From Chlamydiota bacterium (GTDB lineage: Bacteria > Chlamydiota > Chlamydiia > Chlamydiales > SM23-39): a DNA stretch of 12,992 nt. A program made the translations under genes and the position numbers. Shown here in pieces: positions 7,589 through 12,992 of the stretch; position 1 is the first letter of the stretch, and the number at the start of each line of letters is the position of its first letter. Below the pieces are notes generated by a model. That model made no database searches. It had not been told where the DNA came from and was given only the letters and a program-made list of their open reading frames with translations. The stretch lies in contig JBCAXK010000041.1 of NCBI GenBank assembly GCA_038534095.1, positions 1 through 12,992 of the forward strand, read 5' to 3'.

Positions 7589-8680
7589 ATGAAACGATTC
7601 TACGCTACTCTCACTTCCTTCACTCTCCTTCTAACCTCCTCTTCTTTATCCGCAAAAACCCAACAAACCTATTATTGTGAATCTATAGGAGAAGGGCCAG
7701 GATATGTACATCATAACGCGCGTTTAGGAGGCCTATCTCCAGCTCGGATCGACACCTGCGGTGATTGGGACATTTGTCTGTCTGGAAGTTTCATCTACTG
7801 GAACATCATGCAAGAGAATATGGGGATTGCGAGTTTGCAAACAGGAGACTCTCCCCAGCTTGCGCTAACTACCTATCAACAAGTAGACTTTCAACCAGGG
7901 TTCAAAGTCACCCTCTCCTCGAATGTAAGCGGCGATGATTGGATTGGTAAAGCAGAGTATACTCGCCTGCATGGAGACACAACAACCGAAACAGCTCCCC
8001 CTCCTAATGGCAATATGGTCGTCAATCCTGGATTTACGTCCCCAGGAGCGGTGAACCGGCCCGCATCATTTGTCACGTCGAACTTCAAAGTGTCTTTAGA
8101 TACCATCGACCTTCTCTTAACAAGGCCGAGTTATGTGAGCCATCTTTTGATCTTCACCCCCTACGTAGGATCAAAGTTTGGGTTCATCGATCAACATCTA
8201 CGAACAGCAACCCTGTTGAATCTTTTAGGAACGCAGCCCATCCCTGCGCAATTTGACACAGACACTTGGTTTGTAGGACCAAAACTTGGCATGGATCTCG
8301 AGTGGATCTTAGGAAGCGGATTCAAAAGCTTCTCTGCGTTTTCTCTCTCCCTTCTGTATCAGCGGCAAAAACTCCACGCAGATTTTTACAACAGCACAAA
8401 TGTCAATGACAACAACCTCGATTTACAACGGACCTACCGCTTTTTCCGTCCTAATCTTCAGATGGCTTTAGGCCTTTCTTGGGGCACCTATTTTTTAGAT
8501 AAAGCGCTACATGCTCGTATTTTCGCAGCTTATGAGGTCGACTATTACATGGCCCAAAATGTCGCAAAATCTGCCACCTTAGAAAATTTTTATGCCACCT
8601 CTTCACCAAGTTACTCTTCCGTTGCTTTGGGCGATTTGGTGTTTCATGGGCTAACAACTGGTTTGTCCTTTGATTTCTAA
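7589..8680 (+). CDS. Lpg1974-family / MOMP-like porin, paralog 2
   Basis: Signal peptide; shares IGxGPGY, PARI, WDI, SFIYWN, PGFK, EYTRLH, WFxGP and RPN with the upstream gene; ends GDLVFHGLTTGLSFDF. Confidence 0.88.
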   Translation: MKRFYATLTSFTLLLTSSSLSAKTQQTYYCESIGEGPGYVHHNARLGGLSPARIDTCGDWDICLSGSFIYWNIMQENMGIASLQTGDSPQLALTTYQQVDFQPGFKVTLSSNVSGDDWIGKAEYTRLHGDTTTETAPPPNGNMVVNPGFTSPGAVNRPASFVTSNFKVSLDTIDLLLTRPSYVSHLLIFTPYVGSKFGFIDQHLRTATLLNLLGTQPIPAQFDTDTWFVGPKLGMDLEWILGSGFKSFSAFSLSLLYQRQKLHADFYNSTNVNDNNLDLQRTYRFFRPNLQMALGLSWGTYFLDKALHARIFAAYEVDYYMAQNVAKSATLENFYATSSPSYSSVALGDLVFHGLTTGLSFDF

Positions 8681-8696
8681 TCGTAGCTATCGCGGT

Positions 8697-8733
8697 AAAA
8701 CAGCCCCTACTTTAGAAAGGTTAGGGGCTTTTT
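8697..8733. terminator. Bidirectional intrinsic terminator
   Basis: AGCCCCTA (8702-8709) / TAGGGGCT (8722-8729) stem with AAAA before and TTTT after, between convergent stops at 8680 and 8750. Confidence 0.8.
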
Positions 8734-8749
8734 CATCCTCTTTGACACT

Positions 8750-9559
8750 CTATTCGTTGCTGTCAATCAAACCAATTGTAGTGACTCCTAACACATCTCT
8801 TAAGTAAAAAGCGTACCATTTGATCGCATTGATTGAGACTTCATGAGGCTTCCTTCCTGCAATCTTCGTTGCAGTTACTAGGGCCTCCTGATAAGACATC
8901 CCTTGAAATTGCATCTGAAAACAAGCAGACGCCTCACCAGTACGGTCTTTGCCCGCTCTGCAATGCCAATAGATCACCGCTGTTCTATCCAATTTCCCCG
9001 CAAGATTGCTTTTCACGCTTTGCATCAACTCCCGCAGCTTATCGAGCTGATCAAACTCCCCTGTACGCAACATATGATTTCTTATCGATACAGGCAAAAG
9101 CGAAGACGTAGGATCAATAGGATTCCCATAAAGAGGATGTTTTTTTAATTTTCCTAGTTGAGGGTTCTTCGAGAAAAATTTTTTTTCCGCAGCCAGGTAT
9201 TTATGATTGCTAAAAGGATTCAAAAACGTGTAACAAATTAAGTAGAAATGATCCGGATCAAATCCTTCCCCCGCTAAAAGCTCCCTCAAGCCTTCTTTTA
9301 GTTTCTCATATTGAAACGCGCCATCTTCGACAGGATCAGAGCCGCGCACAAGAAAATTTCCGCTTGTCTCATCTTTTGCAACAACGACAAGAACTTTTTT
9401 ATTGATCGAGCAAGGCTTTTCTTCCAAGCTATGCAGACGGACGAGCTCTTGGTGAGAACCGTTGTTTGTAGAAAAATCCCCATCGAAAATTTCCCCCATG
9501 AGAAAAGAGCTTTGCAAAGTAACCAAACTAAAAACCGTACAAAAAACCCGAGGCCCCAT
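8750..9559 (-). CDS. Probably exported Cys-based (CX5R) tyrosine/dual-specificity or lipid phosphatase
   Basis: P-loop YWHCRAGKDRTG (HC...TG at 8965-8936); signal-like N-terminus. Start is ATG 9559 or GTG 9562. Confidence 0.8.
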   Translation of the reverse strand: MGPRVFCTVFSLVTLQSSFLMGEIFDGDFSTNNGSHQELVRLHSLEEKPCSINKKVLVVVAKDETSGNFLVRGSDPVEDGAFQYEKLKEGLRELLAGEGFDPDHFYLICYTFLNPFSNHKYLAAEKKFFSKNPQLGKLKKHPLYGNPIDPTSSLLPVSIRNHMLRTGEFDQLDKLRELMQSVKSNLAGKLDRTAVIYWHCRAGKDRTGEASACFQMQFQGMSYQEALVTATKIAGRKPHEVSINAIKWYAFYLRDVLGVTTIGLIDSNE

Positions 9560-9739
9560 CACTACTTTCCGTCTTTTATTTGAAAAAGCACTGTATCAAA
9601 GGTTCGGTTTTTTCATCAAAATCATTAGAAAAATCTCTATGACTCGTCAGCATCTTGCCGCCAAGGAACCGTTCCGACTCTTTTGAAAATCAGCGCAAAC
9701 TATCCACAAACATCCTCAGTACGACCTAAACGAGACAAC

Positions 9740-10150
9740 TTAAAGAGTAAGGGCTTTACAACAAGATTTTTTACACGACTGGTGATGCAGGAAGGTGGAG
9801 ATAAAGAGCGTAGAAATCCCCAAATAGGTTCCCCAGATCATCATCGATTGGGGAATGCAATATTTTGATAATAAAATCATCCCACAGGAAATGCAGGCCA
9901 AAACAAGCGGATACCAGGGAGATTGTTTCCTTTTTGTATTTATATACATCGATACCAAGGAGATGCACATAAATAGGATCGTTAAAAGGGCAAGAGAGCG
10001 GATATAATGCTCTCCTTCTAAACCAAAAAATGCTAATAAAGCCGCGTATTTTGGCATACACATCGGACAAGGGGGACACGCTTTAACGGCGGATAATAGC
10101 GCAACAAAAAGGGGGCTAACAGGTTTTAAAAAATAGGGGATGTTTTTCAT
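9740..10150 (-). CDS. MerC/MerT-like Cys-rich membrane protein, putative metal transporter
   Basis: ACPPCPMCMPKYAALLAFFGL resembles the MerC CxxC-hydrophobic-P TM1 motif; about four hydrophobic segments; tail HHQSCKKSCC. Confidence 0.62.
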   Translation of the reverse strand: MKNIPYFLKPVSPLFVALLSAVKACPPCPMCMPKYAALLAFFGLEGEHYIRSLALLTILFMCISLVSMYINTKRKQSPWYPLVLACISCGMILLSKYCIPQSMMIWGTYLGISTLFISTFLHHQSCKKSCCKALTL

Positions 10151-10516
10151 AAACGACCAAATAGATCAAAATATACAAAACACTATGTTAGTTCCCTAAG
10201 CCCATTCTTGTCTTGTACAATATAGGATCTTTTATAGCGGTGATGATCTTAAAACGCCCTCTTCACATGCTCCCTATTCTCTAGGTATTTCCTTGAGAAA
10301 GCTTGCCGATCTTCATGACTTTGAAGAGCTAACATAACGAAAGCTCTTCTTCAATCCCTCTGAAAGAGAGGTCAAATTTGTAGATGCGCAGCTTCAAATA
10401 CTTTGTAAGTACATGCAATATTCTTAAGAGAACTCCCCGCTTAGCACAAAGCACCCTTCCATGATAGAGCCGCTATACTACTCCCAAGATAGTGGAACTT
10501 TTTGTAGACCTGGTAT

Positions 10517-11407
10517 CTACAAAAAAGCTGCGTCCAGGATCTCCTCAATCAGCTTTTTTTCCAAAGAGGCCTCATAGCTTTCCTCATCAACGAGCCGTAA
10601 AAGCGTAAATGTGGCCTTCCATAGGGCCCACGCCTGCGCTCTTAGCCAGGTATCTTTGTCCAAATCCATTTCACGTATAAAAAGCTCTCGAGCATTCCCC
10701 TTTAGATAAGTCCAAGCAATCACAAGATCACAAGCAGGATCTCCCATAGCCATACCGCCAAAATCGATGATGCCAGATACTTTACGATTTTGAATGAGGA
10801 TATTGCTGGCCGCAAAATCACCATGGATCCAAACAGGCTTTTTCTTGCGCTGCGTAGAACAAGCTCTCTCCCAGAGCTGAAGAGCTCTTCTGCTATCTAT
10901 CTTCCCTGATAAATGTGCAATCTGCGTTCTAGCCTCTTGATCATAGACCCTAACAGGGTCTCCTCGCCACCAGTTGTGCTGGCCTGGACATGGACCCTCA
11001 ATGTCTGTGATTCCTTGCAGTTCTTGCAAAAAATTGGCTAATGAAACAGCGATTGTTTCTAACGCTCGATCATCCACAGTTTCTTGATCCGCGCTTCTCC
11101 CCTCTAACCACTTGTAAATGGAAAAGGGATAAGGATACTGCTCAGAAGGGCCCCCCATTTTGATTGGCTGAGGAATGGGCATACGGACCTTTTTGGCTAA
11201 CCTCGGCAAAAACTTTTGCTCTTGAGGGACCTTAAGAGCGTAGTTTGCGTCTATGGGCATACGGATCAGTAGATCATCGCCTAGTCTATACGTTCTATTA
11301 TCATGCCCTTGCGTTTCTACTGAAGAAACTGCTAGCGCTCCATATTCTGGAAACTGCGCCTGAATCAGGTGTTTTGCGAGCTCTGGAGTGATGTTGCAAG
11401 CGTCCAT
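10517..11407 (-). CDS. Aminoglycoside phosphotransferase (APH)-family kinase, substrate unknown
   Basis: GHDNRTYRLG, IRMP, Brenner motif WIHGDFAASNIL and GIIDFG...GDPACDL. ATG 11407 has GGAG 6 nt upstream. Confidence 0.92.
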   Translation of the reverse strand: MDACNITPELAKHLIQAQFPEYGALAVSSVETQGHDNRTYRLGDDLLIRMPIDANYALKVPQEQKFLPRLAKKVRMPIPQPIKMGGPSEQYPYPFSIYKWLEGRSADQETVDDRALETIAVSLANFLQELQGITDIEGPCPGQHNWWRGDPVRVYDQEARTQIAHLSGKIDSRRALQLWERACSTQRKKKPVWIHGDFAASNILIQNRKVSGIIDFGGMAMGDPACDLVIAWTYLKGNARELFIREMDLDKDTWLRAQAWALWKATFTLLRLVDEESYEASLEKKLIEEILDAAFL

Positions 11408-11432
11408 CAATAGCTCCTATCAGTTTCCTCAG

Positions 11433-11625
11433 ATTGGTTTTCTAGGCTTAAGGAATTTAGCACAAGCAGAAGGCAATTTACGACTGAGAAACAGAAGGCA
11501 TACACTACAGGGGAGCAGGGAAAAATCACGACGATTCTCCCCTGCTCTATCTACCTTGCGAGAGCTTCCAAGGCGTAAGAAACAGAGCAATTCTAGTCCT
11601 TACGTTAAGCCTATTTTTCCCCAAT
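11433..11625 (-). ncRNA. Candidate rod-shaped structured RNA or palindromic element (unassigned, 6S-like architecture)
   Basis: Nested helices centred at 11526-11530, including a 15-bp apical stem and a 9-bp closing repeat. Five G-U pairs form only on the minus strand. Confidence 0.4.
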
Positions 11626-11647
11626 AAAGCATCACAGCTTTGCGCCA

Positions 11648-12871
11648 TCAACCTGAAGCTTGCTCTGCAAACCAGGTGGGAAAAGGATCTTCTGCGTTCT
11701 CGTACGCATCAGGTTTTGCAAGGTAGTCCTGAATCAAACAGGCATCGAGTTTCTCACGCATGTTTTGCTCATCCATTTCTGCGGAAAACCCTATGAACAC
11801 CATCTCTTGCCTACGGTCCCCAAAATCTTTGCTCCAATGTTGTTTGATGAGCTGGTCAAAATCATCCCCCAATGGCCAACGTTCTTTGGGGACAGAAGCC
11901 CACCAGCGTCCAATCCCTTGGTGACGAACAAACGCTCCCGCTTGTGAAACCTCTCCCACAAAATCGGGGCGGCTAGCAATCCAGAAAAATCCTTTAGCCC
12001 TAATCACACCTCGCCATTCTTGATGGAAAAATGCATGAATCTTCTGAGGATCAAAGGGAGCTTTCGCTCGATATACAAAGCTTGTGATCCCATACTCTTC
12101 CGTTTCTGGGACATGATCTTTAAAGTGGTAGAGCTCCTGCGCCCATAGAGGATGGTCTTGCGCTTCTTCGAGATTGAATAATCCGGTATCCATCACCTCA
12201 TCAAGAGGCACCTGGGATAGGGTGGTTTCGAGAATGTTGGCTTTTGCGTTTAGGCTCCGAATCATCCCTTTGACCGTTGCAAGCTCATTTGCAGAAATCA
12301 GGTCAATTTTATTGAGAATGATGACATTCGCAAATTCTATCTGTTCAACGAGCAAATCGACGACTGTGCGCTGATCCCCTTCACCAAGACTTTCCCCCTG
12401 ATCTTTCAGAAAGTCTGTTGAGCTGTAATTCCTCATCAGATTCGCGGCGTCTACAACGGTGACCATCGTATCGAGCTTTGCAACATCTGAGAGGCTACTT
12501 CCCTCTTCATCACGAAAATCAAAGGTAGTAGCAACAGGCAAGGGCTCAGAAATTCCTGTGCTCTCAATAAGAAGATAATCAAACTTTCCCTCTGCGGCAA
12601 GTTCACGCACCTGCTTAAGAAGGTCTTCACGCAATGTGCAGCAAATGCACCCATTGCTCATTTCAACAAGCTTTTCTTCGGTCCGAGAGAGGTTGCTACC
12701 TCCTCTGTCTACCAAATCGGCGTCAATATTGACTTCGCTCATGTCGTTGACGATGACAGCTACTTTGCGCCCTTCACGATTATTGAGAATATGGTTTAAA
12801 AGAGTTGTTTTCCCTGCGCCTAAAAACCCGGATAAAACCGTAACAGGCAATTTTTTTTCTAAAAGATTCAT
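11648..12871 (-). CDS. zigA: COG0523 G3E GTPase zinc metallochaperone (ZigA/YciC type)
   Basis: Walker [21 protein letters not shown], metal site [22 protein letters not shown] and NKID; CobW_C domain with RAKGFFW and [11 protein letters not shown]. Confidence 0.92.
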   Translation of the reverse strand: MNLLEKKLPVTVLSGFLGAGKTTLLNHILNNREGRKVAVIVNDMSEVNIDADLVDRGGSNLSRTEEKLVEMSNGCICCTLREDLLKQVRELAAEGKFDYLLIESTGISEPLPVATTFDFRDEEGSSLSDVAKLDTMVTVVDAANLMRNYSSTDFLKDQGESLGEGDQRTVVDLLVEQIEFANVIILNKIDLISANELATVKGMIRSLNAKANILETTLSQVPLDEVMDTGLFNLEEAQDHPLWAQELYHFKDHVPETEEYGITSFVYRAKAPFDPQKIHAFFHQEWRGVIRAKGFFWIASRPDFVGEVSQAGAFVRHQGIGRWWASVPKERWPLGDDFDQLIKQHWSKDFGDRRQEMVFIGFSAEMDEQNMREKLDACLIQDYLAKPDAYENAEDPFPTWFAEQASG

Positions 12872-12925
12872 AACGCGACCACTATTTAATTATGATAAAA
12901 AAACTTTATGGTATAAAAAGATTAC

Positions 12926-12992
12926 CTTGCAATATAAAAAAGAATCTTACAGATAATAACTCTAGGAATTGTTATATTTTTTATATTGCAAG
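12926..12992. repeat. Perfect 16-bp inverted repeat upstream of zigA
   Basis: CTTGCAATATAAAAAA (12926-12941) / TTTTTTATATTGCAAG (12977-12992) with a 35-nt spacer. The right arm reaches the window end. Confidence 0.8.

Noticed and set aside
9605..9675. Hammerhead-like core on minus (CTGACGA...GAAA)
   Set aside because: Three extra nucleotides separate stem I from the core, two extra A's break stem III, and stem II opens with G-U, so the geometry is not viable.
10281..10316. MKIGKLSQ, resembling a MerR N-terminus, upstream of the MerC-like gene
   Set aside because: Only 11 codons, no RBS, and downstream MerR motifs are not at the right spacing in any frame.
10517..11407. Calling aph an antibiotic resistance gene
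   Set aside because: The motifs identify only the APH/choline kinase-like fold; the substrate cannot be inferred.
11443..11613. Integron attC site (GCTTAAC on minus fits RYYYAAC)
   Set aside because: The partner end is CTTAAGC rather than GTTRRRY, the L boxes do not pair, the element is longer than usual attC sites, and there is no second attC or integrase in the window.
11443..11613. Retron msr-msd (flanking inverted repeats plus a long hairpin)
   Set aside because: No reverse transcriptase is present; both neighbours are clearly other families.

Overview
The window looks like a chromosomal segment from an environmental Chlamydiae genome. This is inferred from the nrdR-dksA-lspA order, a single-Cys DksA and tandem Lpg1974/MOMP-like porins. 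Left: the 3' part of a low-complexity membrane protein (+) converges on a minus-strand housekeeping run: nrdR, dksA, lspA, a structured spacer, cinA, a class I SAM methyltransferase, a TrmH/SpoU methyltransferase and a RluA-type pseudouridine synthase. Middle: two tandem porin paralogs (+). The first has a Cys/Pro/Lys repeat N-terminus; the second has its own promoter and an anti-RBS hairpin. Right: accessory minus-strand genes encoding a COG0523 (ZigA/YciC) GTPase, an APH-family phosphotransferase, a MerC-like Cys-rich membrane protein and a probably exported HCxAGKDRTG phosphatase. No rRNA, tRNA, CRISPR array or transposase was seen. The strongest unexplained signal is a ~190-nt rod-like, strand-biased RNA fold between the GTPase and APH genes (11433-11625). 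All folds were derived by eye and all family calls by motif recognition, not by search.
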